A stretch of 52,302 nt of DNA, taken from NCBI RefSeq assembly GCF_001194135.2, contig NC_069004.1, forward strand, positions 11,672,911 through 11,725,212, given 5' to 3'. The position numbers and the translations under genes were made by a program. The notes under the pieces are model-generated. The model made no database searches. It was given only the letters and a program-made list of their open reading frames with translations, and had not been told where the DNA came from. The stretch comes from Octopus bimaculoides. Its lineage: Eukaryota. Positions 13,560-23,415 of this stretch are shown piece by piece; positions within the stretch are counted from its first letter, which is position 1; the number at the start of each line of letters is the position of its first letter.

Positions 13560-14665
13560 NNNNNNNNNNNNNNNNNNNNNNNNNNNNNNNNNNNNNNNNN
13601 NNNNNNNNNNNNNNNNNNNNNNNNNNNNNTAGCCAACCCCTGTCTACAGGGTACCTACTTCCGTCTTGAAGTATACCTATCTCTGTCCCTCTATACCTCC
13701 ACATCTCACATCAACTGGCACAAACCCATTCCCACTCACTACTACACCTTCTTCCCAAGTGGGGCAGTTTTTGTCTTGCAAATTACTTGGTGTTCCTGTT
13801 GGTGGTGGTGCTACATAAAGAGCACCGATGCTGGAGCCATATTAAAAGCCCTGGTGCTAGTGCCATTTAAAAAGCACCCAGTAAAGTAGTTGGTATTAGA
13901 GCGGGGACATCCAGCCATAGAAACCATGCTCTAAATGGACAATGGAGCCTGGTGCAGCTCTTGGCTTTACCAGCTGCTGTCAAACTGTCCAACCCATGCC
14001 AGCATGGAAAATGGGCATCAAATGATGATGATGATATAATACATACATAAATATACATACATACACATATGAACACACACACATACATATAAATACATAC
14101 ACACACATGCACACTCACACACTTGTGTGTGTGTGTATATGTGTTTGTGTACATGAATATGTAGATATATGTACACGTTTGTACACACACAGGGAAAAAA
14201 ATTTGTTTGAAATAAAAGGAATAAAAAAACAAAACTCAGAAACTTCCTGAAAAATAAAAGAATAATTGAAAATTGAAAAATGTGTATAATGTTAATTAGT
14301 TTTGTTGTTAGAAAGGTGAAATAAACATGAAAAATCATTAAAAATGTAATTAATAAAAATTAATTTTAAAAATAAAGAAAGTGATTAGAAGGAATTATTT
14401 TGGTGTTTGACAAATAATTATTCAATTTTTTTTTTATAATTGTAAATAATAATTAAAAAAAAAAGGTTATCTGAAAGTGAGAGCAATTATGTCAGTGAAA
14501 TTCTTCAAATGTATCTTTGATCACACATTCTCAAATGACTTACAACGAACCATGTCTATATTTTGTATGAGAAGTTGATTTTAATGGATTGCAATGTTAA
14601 CCATTTTGATACCAATCACATTGTAACATAAGTATGGTGAGCTACATACATATATATATATATAT

Positions 14666-14711
<46 letters not shown>

Positions 14712-15050
14712 NNNNNNNNNNNNNNNNNNNNNNNNNNNNNNNNNNNNNNNNNNNNNNNNNNNNNNNNNNNNNNNNNNNNNNNNNNNNNNNNNNNNNNNNN
14801 NNNNNNNNNNNNNNNNNNNNNNNNNNNNNNNNNNNNNNNNNNNNNNNNNNNNNNNNNNNNNNNNNNNNNNNNNNNNNNNNNNNNNNNNNNNNNNNNNNNN
14901 NNNNNNNNNNNNNNNNNNNNNNNNNNNNNNNNNNNNNNNNNNNNNNNNNNNNNNNNNNNNNNNNNNNNNNNNNNNNNNNNNNNNNNNNNNNNNNNNNNNN
15001 NNNNNNNNNNNNNNNNNNNNNNNNNNNNNNNNNNNNNNNNNNNNNNNNNN

Positions 15051-15091
<41 letters not shown>

Positions 15092-15224
15092 TATATATAT
15101 TACATATGTGTATATATGTCAACTCTAACATTTTATACATATATTAAATATAATTTCTTTCCTATGTTCCAGCCCAACACCTGTGGCCAAGCTGGGGTAC
15201 TGTCATTTTTCAATGGCCGTTCTT

Positions 15225-15535
15225 TTGTGATTGGCTTTAGTGAAGGAAGGAGCTTGATATTATTGCCCTCTTCTGGGTTTCTTGCTGTGACGCAGGCTCA
15301 TCTGGGACCTTGAACAGCAAGAGGTCAAATCGTTTCTTGGATAGAAATCTATCCCTACTCCTTGTAGACCTCTCAGATATTTTGACAAGTTATTTAATAG
15401 TTGTTGGCTTTTGAATCTTAAGCTATTGCAGTACCTGGTCCTCATTCTAGATGGGATGGGTGGGACAGTTGGAACAGTGCAATGACATCCAGTCTGAGGC
15501 CTAATGATGCCAAAGTTTGGTGCCAACCTATCTAG
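15225..15535 (-). mobile_element. CR1/L2-like LINE 3' end fragment
   Basis: RLAPNFGI...HCTVPTVPPIPSRMRTRYCNSLRFKSQQLLNNLSKYLRGLQGVGIDF, then in another frame FLSKKRFDLLLFKVPDEP...RAIISSSFL*. This matches the C-terminal VPDEP-type region of CR1-group ORF2. Confidence 0.6.
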
Positions 15536-16580
15536 GATGTGTGTGTGTCTGTGTGTGTGTGGCTGGCTGGCTATAACATGTTTCAACTCCTCATATCTCT
15601 TTCTCAGCAGATGTTATCATATCGAAGAGTCAGAAGCCAAACTTAATTCTCCCTTTTTTGTATGTTTAACTTCTTTACTCTGTATATTATACACATACAT
15701 ATACACACTTGTGGGTCAACGGTCTTGTCATCACATCTGTTGTGAAACATCAACATAATGTGTATACACAAGTTGATGAATGCCAACATAATTATATATA
15801 TATATATATATATATATNNNNNNNNNNNNNNNNNNNNNNNNNNNNNNNNNNNNNNNNNNNNNNNNNNNNNNNNNNNNNNNNNNNNNNNNNNNNNNNNNNN
15901 NNNNNNNNNNNNNNNNNNNNNNNNNNNNNNNNNNNNNNNNNNNNNNNNNNNNNNNNNNNNNNNNNNNNNNNNNNNNNNNNNNNNNNNNNNNNNNNNNNNN
16001 NNNNNNNNNNNNNNNNNNNNNNNNNNNNNNNNNNNNNNNNNNNNNNNNNNNNNNNNNNNNNNNNNNNNNNNNNNNNNNNNNNNNNNNNNNNNNNNNNNNN
16101 NNNNNNNNNNNNNNNNNNNNNNNNNNNNNNNNNNNNNNNNNNNNNNNNNNNNNNNNNNNNNNNNNNNNNNNNNNNNNNNNNNNNNNNNNNNNNNNNNNNN
16201 NNNNNNNNNNNNNNNNNNNNNNNNNNNNNNNNNNNNNNNNNNNNNNNNNNNNNNNNNNNNNNNNNNNNNNNNNNNNNNNNNNNNNNNNNNNNNNNNNNNN
16301 NNNNNNNNNNNNNNNNNNNNNNNNNNNNTATATATATATATATATATATATATATGACAGACTTCTTTTAGTTTCCATCTACCAAATCCACTCACAAGGC
16401 TTTGGTCAGTCCAAGGCTATAGTAGAAGACACTCATCCAAGATGCCACGCAGGGGGGACTGAAACTGCGACCATGCAACTGAGAAGCAAGCTTCTTATCC
16501 CACAGCCACATACACACACATACCAAAGTATATAGTCACAGATATTTTATTAAACCCCTCCAAAATGTTGATATTGTATA

Positions 16581-16806
16581 TTAACCCTGTGGCATTTAAA
16601 CCAGTTATATCCAGCCAAACTATTCTACTTGCTTTATGTTCAAACTGGTTAGATCTGGCCTCTCATACCTAATGTAGAATGTCATTTTAAACAAACTATC
16701 ACATCACTGAAATCTCAAGGCTACAAGATAATGCAGGATAAATTCAAAAATAATGTGAATAAATAAGTATCACATTTGATGGAGTAATTTGAACACTAAG
16801 GGGTAA
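16581..16806 (+). mobile_element. piggyBac-like MITE, family 1
   Basis: TTAACCCTGTGGCATTTAAACC...CACTAAGGGGTAA; internal sequence colinear with 12053-12281. Confidence 0.7.
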
Positions 16807-16939
16807 AACCACTGTACTTATAAGAAACTGTTATGAGAAGGTTAAAATATTGAGATTCGTCTCTCTTCAAGTGCAAGAAGTATCATCAGAATATATATTC
16901 CTACGATTCTTCATGTACAGCACTTGACTTGTCTGAGTT

Positions 16940-17169
16940 TTAACTCTTTTGTTACTATATTTCTGTTGAGATGCTCTGTGCTTCTTTCAATTAATTTTAA
17001 TTATAACAAAGAATTTAGTAAAGTAACTTAGTTACCATTAAGCTAGTGTTAGGAGCATAAATTGTGTCTAAGGTTTGGTGGAAGATTTTAATTCAGAATT
17101 TTTGAAAACAAGACATTTGCACTACAGAACCAGAGGCGGTTTCATGTGGGTTGATATCGAAAGGGTTAA
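16940..17169. mobile_element. piggyBac-like MITE, family 2
   Basis: TTAACTCTTTTG...CGAAAGGGTTAA termini of the same TTAA-CCCTTT type, with an interior unrelated to family 1. Confidence 0.6.
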
Positions 17170-18056
17170 ATAAAATGAGGAGGAAGACTAACCCCAAGTG
17201 GGTTATTGATTCTGTGTCACATTCATTGCCACAAATAAATAACGAGCCCTAAAAGACAACAAACCCCACTGCTCTTCAGCCAAATCAAAGTGGCAGAGAG
17301 AACAAACCATTCACAGAGAAATCTGTGAGGGAAAAATTAATACAGAATAACAAAATTATTAGTTTTCAATCAAAATATTTGTCTTGTAAATATTTTCATT
17401 TTCTATTCAAAAATAGATTTGGCTGGTTTGAAGAAAAGTATGTCTTTTGGCTTAGAGAATGGTCCGAAAAGAAGTTGAAATTGGAAAAGAAATTAAACCA
17501 GTTCTAAGTGATGTGCTTGAAGTAATGTCAATTTGAAGGGTGTCAGCTCTATGAATTAAATGAAGTAACCAACTGACAGATGGCAAGGCCTAATTTTGAG
17601 CACTAAAACATATGCTGTCGACACACTTGGTGAGTTTTAACTAAGCCTGTTTTTTAGGGGGACACATTTTGTTAGTGGATTATGAAAGGATAAAACTTTA
17701 ATAGAGTTTCAAGCAATTATTAGAATATAATTTTCTCTAAATTATTGGTTCTTAGTTGTTTTGGCTTTGTAACACAGATTAAACTGACATATTTACAGGT
17801 ATGTTTCACATGGACAGTTACAGAAAAAAAAAAAACTCCCAAAAACCTATAATTTAATCTTTTACTTGTTTCAGTTACTGGATTGTGGTCATGCTGGAGC
17901 ACAGCCTTTAAGGATTTAGTCTAACAAATTGAACCCATTTCTTTTGAGCCTGGTAGATTTTTATTTGTTCACTTTTGCTGTTACAGGGATAAAAACAAAT
18001 CAAAACCAGTTGTCAAGCAGTGGGAATGAGGAACAAACACAAGGAGGCACACTCAC

Positions 18057-18345
18057 ACATCTATCTATCTATCTGTCTGTTTGTCTGTCTGTCCATCTAA
18101 CTTTCCCTGTCTGTCTGTCTTTCTGTCTATCTATCCCTGTCTGCCTGTCTATCTATCTATCTGTCTGTCTGTCCAATTATCTTTCCCTGTCTGTCTGTCT
18201 ATCTATCTATCTGTCTATCTGTCTGTCCATCTATCTTTCCCTGTCTGTCTGCTGTCTTTCTGTCTATCTATCCCTGTCTGTCTGTCTATCTGTCTGTTTG
18301 TCTATCTATCTATCTATCTATCTATCTACCTACCTATCTTTCTAT
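18057..18345 (+). repeat. Compound (CTAT)/(CTGT) tetranucleotide array with recurring CTTTCCCTGTCTG
   Basis: Directly visible; generates the LSVCLSIY pseudo-ORFs. Confidence 0.9.
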
Positions 18346-18510
18346 ATACAAACTTACTGATAACAAAAGTCGGAATGCGTGGCATTCAGTTATTCCATAA
18401 ATGAAAAATGCATTAAATACTACAAAACGTACATGTAGGACAGAGACAAGGACCCTAATTCTTCATCAGTTATTGACCAAAAATACTAATACTTAGTTTC
18501 ATACCTTTAA

Positions 18511-18559
<49 letters not shown>

Positions 18560-18725
18560 ACAAAATGGGACAAGAACGCAAAACATCCAGACAGTTAGGT
18601 GATACAAGAAAGGGACAACAAAACATTCAGACAGACGATACAAAGAAAACAAGGACAGGTCATTCGGAGTTTTCTTTCCACAGTCGAGTTCCAGATTATC
18701 TTTGCAATTTCGGCTCGTTGTGTAT

Positions 18726-18768
<43 letters not shown>

Positions 18769-18872
18769 CACACACACACATTTTTGTGTATGATAAGAAG
18801 AAAATGGAGAGTTTAACAGATAAACATCGATTTATTAACATATTGTCAATTTTATATTACCTATGAAATATA

Positions 18873-19237
18873 AAGCACCATTTGAGCGTGATCGTTACCA
18901 GCGTCGCCTTACTGGCACTTGTGCCAGTGGCATGTGAACAAAACATTCGAGCGAGGTCGTTGCCAGTGCCACTGGACTGGCTCCTGTGCAGGTGGTACGT
19001 AAGAAACACCATTTTGAGCGTGGCCGTTGCCAGTACCGCCAGGCTGGCGCTCGTGCTGGTGGCATGTAAAAGCACCTACTACACTCTTGGAGTGGTTGGC
19101 GTTAGGAAGGGCATCCAGCTGTAGAAACTCTGCCAGATCAGACTGGAGCCTGGTGCAGTCATCTGGTTCGCTAGTCCTCAGTCAAATCGTCCAACCCATG
19201 CTAGCATGGAAAGCGGACGTTAAACGATGATGATGAT
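18873..19237 (+). mobile_element. Family C repeat (RTE-like (GAT)n tail, internal tandem ~65-bp subrepeats)
   Basis: Three CATTTGAGCGTG..TTGCCAGT..ACTGGC..GTGCCGGTGGCAC units, then GGTTGGCGTTAGGAAGGGCATCCAGCTGTAGAAAC..CAACCCATGCTAGCATGGAAAGCGGACGTTAAACGATGATG. Confidence 0.85.
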
Positions 19238-19319
19238 CATCATCACATACACACATATATATATATAGATAGATAGAGATATAGATAAGTGTTAGATAAA
19301 GAAAGTTATGGCTGGTCTA

Positions 19320-19475
19320 TGTGGTTATCCAGGCTTTCACATTCATAAAGCACTTAGCTTTAAGAAGGCCCCCTCTTCAGATCCTAATGGCTGGTGGCCT
19401 ATAACTGGCCATTAGGGTCTGAAGAGACATCATAGAGCTAAGCAGTTTATGGACGTGAAACCTAGGGTAACTCCA
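19320..19475. repeat. Inverted repeat of two Penelope-like ends around a 16-nt spacer
   Basis: CTCTTCAGATCCTAATGGC (19373-19391) pairs with GCCATTAGGGTCTGAAGAG (19408-19426). Outer pairing continues: ATAAAgcaCTTAGCT with AGCTAAGcagTTTAT, and TTTCAC with GTGAAA. Confidence 0.8.
19415..19473 (+). ncRNA. Type I hammerhead-like motif, right arm of an inverted repeat
   Basis: GGGT-CTGAAGA-G-AC..TCATA..TATGG..GT-GAA-ACC-TAG-GGT-A-ACTC: stem I GGGU/ACUC, stem III ACC/GGU, putative GUA cleavage triplet. Confidence 0.5.
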
Positions 19476-19558
19476 CAGATCAGCCTTAATTATCTTTAAT
19501 TACTCTAGTTCTAATACTAAAATTGTGCCCCTCTTTCGGATTTATGATTTACTAACAA

Positions 19559-19589
<31 letters not shown>

Positions 19590-20257
19590 CTTCTTTCAGT
19601 TTCTGTCTATTAAATTCACTCAAAAGGCTCTGGCTGGTCAGGGACCAAGTAGAAGACACAGGCACTGCACAGTGGGACGGAACACAAGGTCACATAATTG
19701 TGAAGCAGGCTAGAAATTTAAGAAAAATTGCATCCCCTTATTGTGTGATGAAGGAAATCAGAATAGCCAAGCTAGGAAAAATTGTAGAAAGATTTAAAAG
19801 TTTGGACAGAGATGTTGAGTTAGCCTTGATATCTGCTTTTTTTTTTCTATTTGTTTGTAGGCATCATTAATTTTGAGAAATATTTCTTTATATTTACCAT
19901 TTAGTTTCCATTTGATGAAATATAGAAAAACTAGAATGATTAGTTGGTTTGGACAATATATTCAAAGGCCGTAAAATAAAGCTGATATGAAAATATTTCT
20001 ATTTTATTAAACATGAGGAATTGGTTTGCAAGAAGCTCTAAGATATTGTCACATCAAATTGTAAAAGAGAGATGAATTCTTCAATGTCAAATCTTCATTT
20101 CCAAAAACCATTTCCACAAAGAAAGCAAGATAAATGAAACATGCTTCTCTTAATTATTATGTCGTTAAATATCTAGACGCTAGTTTGAGACAAAGACAAA
20201 ATAAAAATCTTTTAATTCCAAACATCAGAGAACATGTTGTTAAGTAAGAAATATTAC

Positions 20258-20386
20258 CAAAAACTGTGATGCTTCGGTTATTCGCCTGGTGTAATGTTAC
20301 AGGGTCACCAAAAACATCCAACAAATTCTGTTTCAAAATCATATTGTTTGCTGCCAACACCAAATATGGTTTCTCAGTTTCTGCTT
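20258..20386 (-). CDS. ROS1: ROS1-like exon: start of beta-propeller region (E)AETEKPYLVLAANNMILKQNLLDVFGDPVTLHQANNRSITVF
   Basis: Within track ORF 20157-20423. Acceptor atttcttttacAG in phase 1, matching the previous exon. The donor TTG|GTAATA at 20258/20257 is weaker, so the 3' end is less certain. Confidence 0.75.
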
Positions 20387-20505
20387 CTGTAAAAGAAATT
20401 AATTTGATCAGAGAAAATTGCATATATCTGCTGGAATATTTGGCTTAATAGGAAAATAACAACGACAACGATGACGATGACAACATTATCATTTAACATC
20501 AATAA

Positions 20506-20808
20506 GACATTCGAGCGAGATCGTTGCCAGTGCCGCCGAATTGGCTCCTGTGCAGGTGGCACGTAAAATACACCATTTGAGCGTGGCCATTGCCAGTACT
20601 GCCTGACTGGCCTTCGTGCCGGTGGCACGTAAAAGCACCTACTACACTCTCTGAGTGGTTGGCGTTAGGAAGGGCATCCAGCTGTAGAAACTCTACCAAA
20701 TCAGATTGGAGCCTGGTGTAGCCATCTGGTTCACCAGTCCTCAGTCAAATCGTCCAACCCATGCTAGCATGGAAAGCGGACATTAAACGACGATGATGGT
20801 GATGATGA
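20506..20808 (+). mobile_element. Family C repeat (two subrepeats)
   Basis: Colinear with 18873-19237. Confidence 0.85.
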
Positions 20809-20994
20809 TTCCTTGCTAGCATAAATGGAACAGTTTGATAGAATCAGAGGGCTGTATTGGTCCCCATTGTCTGCATTGGTAAGGTTTCTACAGCTGGGTG
20901 CCTTTCCTAATGCCAATCACTTAGCAGAGTGTGCTGAATGCTTTTTCTTTGTGGCACAAGTACCAGTGCAAGTGAGGTAACCGGATAACCTGCA

Positions 20995-21215
20995 AGACAA
21001 GTTTCAGCATAGGGCCAGCAGTTTTTTGAGGGGAAGGGAAAGTAGATAAATCAACTTCAGTACTTGACTGGTACTTATTTTATTAGCCCCAAAAAGATGA
21101 AAGGCAATATTGACCTCAGTGGAATTTGAACTCAGAACATAAAGATGGATGAAACGCCACTAAGCATTTTGTCTGGTGTGCTAACAATTCTGACAGCTTG
21201 CTGTCTTATACCAAC
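20995..21215 (-). mobile_element. SINE family A
   Basis: Reverse-complement core ACTGGTACTTATTTTATT..GATGAAAGGCAA..GGAATTTGAACTCAGAAC; a similar copy lies at about 21920-22090. Confidence 0.75.
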
Positions 21216-21475
21216 TTAATGATGACAAGGTTATTGTAGTAAATTCTTCATTATTTTCAAAATTAACAGAAATGAAAGGACAAGCATTTCAAACAGAAAT
21301 ATGGTAACAAAATGTTTAAATAAGGAAAGGACACATCAAATATTTAGTATTTCCTGCTCATTAAATATTTAGTGTTTCCTGCTGGAGTACCTTTCATCAT
21401 AGTTCTGCTTAGAGAAGATTGATCTGCAGCCAAACAATAACATAAAATGGACAATGAATGTAATGTTATCCTTAC

Positions 21476-21766
21476 CCAACATTAGGTCTGGTGTCGTAAT
21501 GATATGTGTATCAGCTGGCCCTCCTCCAACTGCATTCCAGGCTAAGACCTTAATGGTGTAATTCTTCGAATGTTGCAACTGGCTGAATGACCAAGAGTGT
21601 GTGTGTTCAGACACTTCTCGTGTGATGGTTCGTTCATTCACATAACTAAGCATCAACTTGTAACCAGTTATTCGTCCATTTGGATAGAGAGGTGGGTTCC
21701 AGATGATGGTAATCACAGTAGGGGATGGTGTGGCCACACTCGATATCTTTGGTGCCGATGATGGTT
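21476..21766 (-). CDS. ROS1: ROS1-like exon: second FN3 domain PSSAPKISSVATPSPTVITIIWNPPLYPNGRITGYKL...KVLAWNAVGGGPA...
   Basis: Within track ORF 21369-21788. Acceptor ttggtttcAG, 291 nt (phase 1-1), donor TGG|GTAAGG. Textbook FN3 motifs (WxPP, NGxIxGY, YxIxVxAxNxxGxGP); parallels ROS1 PETAP...WDPPQFPGGPILGYNL...AVNEVGEGP. Confidence 0.94.
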
Positions 21767-22154
21767 CTGAAACCAAATCGATATTCATTTACACAAATTC
21801 ATCCACAAAAAATTTAAAACATTAACATTACAAGATCACAACAGACAATTCTATTGACTGCAATAATGTTTATGTCTGTCCACCCAGCCACCTAAAAAGG
21901 GGATTTCTAACATAATAATAATCTTTTTTTACTATAAGTACAAGGCATGAAATTTTGAGGGGAGAGGACTAGTTGATTACATTGACTCATTGTTCAAACC
22001 AGTACTTATTTTACTGACTCCAAAAGGACAAAATGAAAAGTTAAGCTCAGTGGAATTTGAAATCAGAAAGTAAAGCCAGAAAAAATGTTGCTGTACAGAA
22101 ACTGTACAGAAAACTGGGTCGAGACATTGAGACTAAAAAAAATGGTAAACTTAC

Positions 22155-22239
22155 TGCCATGAGGTAAAGTAATGACAGAAACACTTTCATTTGAAACAAG
22201 GAACTGATCAGGAATTTTAATGAATGCTATGACTTTGAA
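22155..22239 (-). CDS. ROS1: ROS1-like exon: end of first FN3, FKVIAFIKIPDQFLVSNESVSVITLPHG(K)
   Basis: Poly-T acceptor tttttttcAG, 85 nt (phase 0-1), donor GCA|GTAAGT. Exactly bridges the phase-0 end at 23416 and the phase-1 start at 21766; parallels ROS1 FRVVWIF...SYRTHPHG. Confidence 0.92.
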
Positions 22240-22814
22240 CTGAAAAAAAAAAAATAAAGAAAAATAAAGAAAAAAAATTAAAATTGTATGGAATGGTTAA
22301 TAGACATTTACAGCAATACAAAAAACAGTATGGAATGGTGATAACAATACAAAGACATAAAAGTAGGAAAATAAGCAAAATTGCTCACTTTGAATGGTGA
22401 TCATATGAAAAGAAAATGAGGTTGAGTGTATGTATGTGTGAGGGGGGTGTTGTATTGGGTAGACTTGTATGCATGTGGGTGTTGTATGTTAGTGCGTGTG
22501 TGTATTGTGTTTGTGTATATATATATATGTTAGTGTGTGTGTGTGTGTTTATTGTGTTAATGTGTGTGGATGTGTTAGCATGTGTATGTGCTAATTAACA
22601 ATGACAGGAAAATAAAGAGATTATTATTAGAACCAGACATTAGTTAAATGAAGGCTTTTATTGATCCTTAAATGGTAAAGTGCCAGATATATTGATTAAG
22701 GTATCAGGACATAATTAACACAACTAAAAGTCTACAGTTCTATATTTAAGAGATGAGGAATTATGTACATTATTTACATTTGACGGATATTTGTCCTCAT
22801 CTTGTTTGTTGTTA

Positions 22815-22858
22815 ACACAATGTTTCGGCTGATATACCCTCCAGCATTCATCAGGTGT
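22815..22858 (-). ncRNA. Inverted copy of the hammerhead-like motif
   Basis: Minus strand ACAC-CTGATGA-A-TGCTG-(10 nt)-CAGCC-GAA-ACAT-T-GTGT. Stem II GCTG/CAGC is intact; stem III palindrome has decayed (ACGT to ACAT). Confidence 0.55.
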
Positions 22859-22945
22859 CTGGGGGAAGTTTTGAACCTGGTTCTCATTCCTAAGGTATTT
22901 TTCGATGTTGTTATTATTATTATTATTATTGTTGTTGTTGTTATT

Positions 22946-23025
22946 ATACGCTATATGGTGTAGTGGTTAAGAGCGCGGGCTACTAACCCTAAGATTCCAA
23001 GTTCAATTCCAGGCAGTGACCTGAA
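22946..23025 (+). pseudogene. tRNA-derived SINE head (not a functional tRNA)
   Basis: A box TGGTGTAGTGG (22956-22966), B box GTTCAATTCC (23001-23010), anticodon-like arm GGG-CTACTAA-CCC (22977-22989). T stem is imperfect. Confidence 0.7.
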
Positions 23026-23120
23026 TACTAATAATAACAACAACAACAACAACAATAATAATAATAATAACATCGAAAAATACCTTAGGAATGAGAACCC
23101 AGGTTTGAAATTTCCCCAAG

Positions 23121-23164
23121 ACACCTGATGAAAGCTGGAGGGTATATCAACCGAAACGTTGTGT
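23121..23164 (+). ncRNA. Minimal type I hammerhead-ribozyme-like motif (Penelope type)
   Basis: ACAC-CTGATGA-A-AGCTG-(10 nt)-CAACC-GAA-ACGT-T-GTGT: stem I ACAC/GTGT, intact core, palindromic stem III ACGT; stem II carries mismatches. Confidence 0.6.
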
Positions 23165-23415
23165 TAACAACAAACAAGATGAGGGCAAATATCCGTCAAA
23201 TGTAAATAATGTAAGTAACAAACTAAAAGTCTGTAGACATCTTTCTTCCAAATTATTGACCCTTTGCCTGTCCAAAAATATTTTCAGATTTTTAGTTAAC
23301 TCTTGTTTCATACATTTTGAGGAATATAAGGCTTTCCTTTCATAAGTCTCAAGTTACTCAGGTGGTTGCAAAAAACTGGGATGGTGTATCATATAAATGA
23401 GTGAAGCCTTCTTAC

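Larger units (their letters stand above)
22734..23213 (+). mobile_element. Composite non-autonomous retroelement: inverted Penelope-like end + tRNA-derived head + Penelope-like end
   Basis: Arms 22766-~22925 and ~23055-23213 are near-perfect reverse complements. The centre carries A and B boxes, each arm contains a CTGATGA...GAAAC motif, and the direct repeat AACTAAAAGTCT lies at 22722-22733 and 23221-23232. Confidence 0.8.

Noticed and set aside
17192-17322. Minus-strand strong acceptor with possible GTTAGT donor
   Set aside because: Stops in all three frames; no ROS1-like peptide.
18559-18722. TA-flanked insert with minus-strand CTGTGGA..CCGAATGAC, perhaps another Penelope end
   Set aside because: The core is too degenerate and there is only one copy in the window; cannot be classified.
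18873-19075. CRISPR-like array
   Set aside because: Eukaryotic context, no unique spacers, and the units are part of a dispersed retroelement.
22946-23025. Functional tRNA gene (anticodon ACT)
   Set aside because: Broken T stem and acceptor stem, embedded in a repeat; treated as a SINE head.
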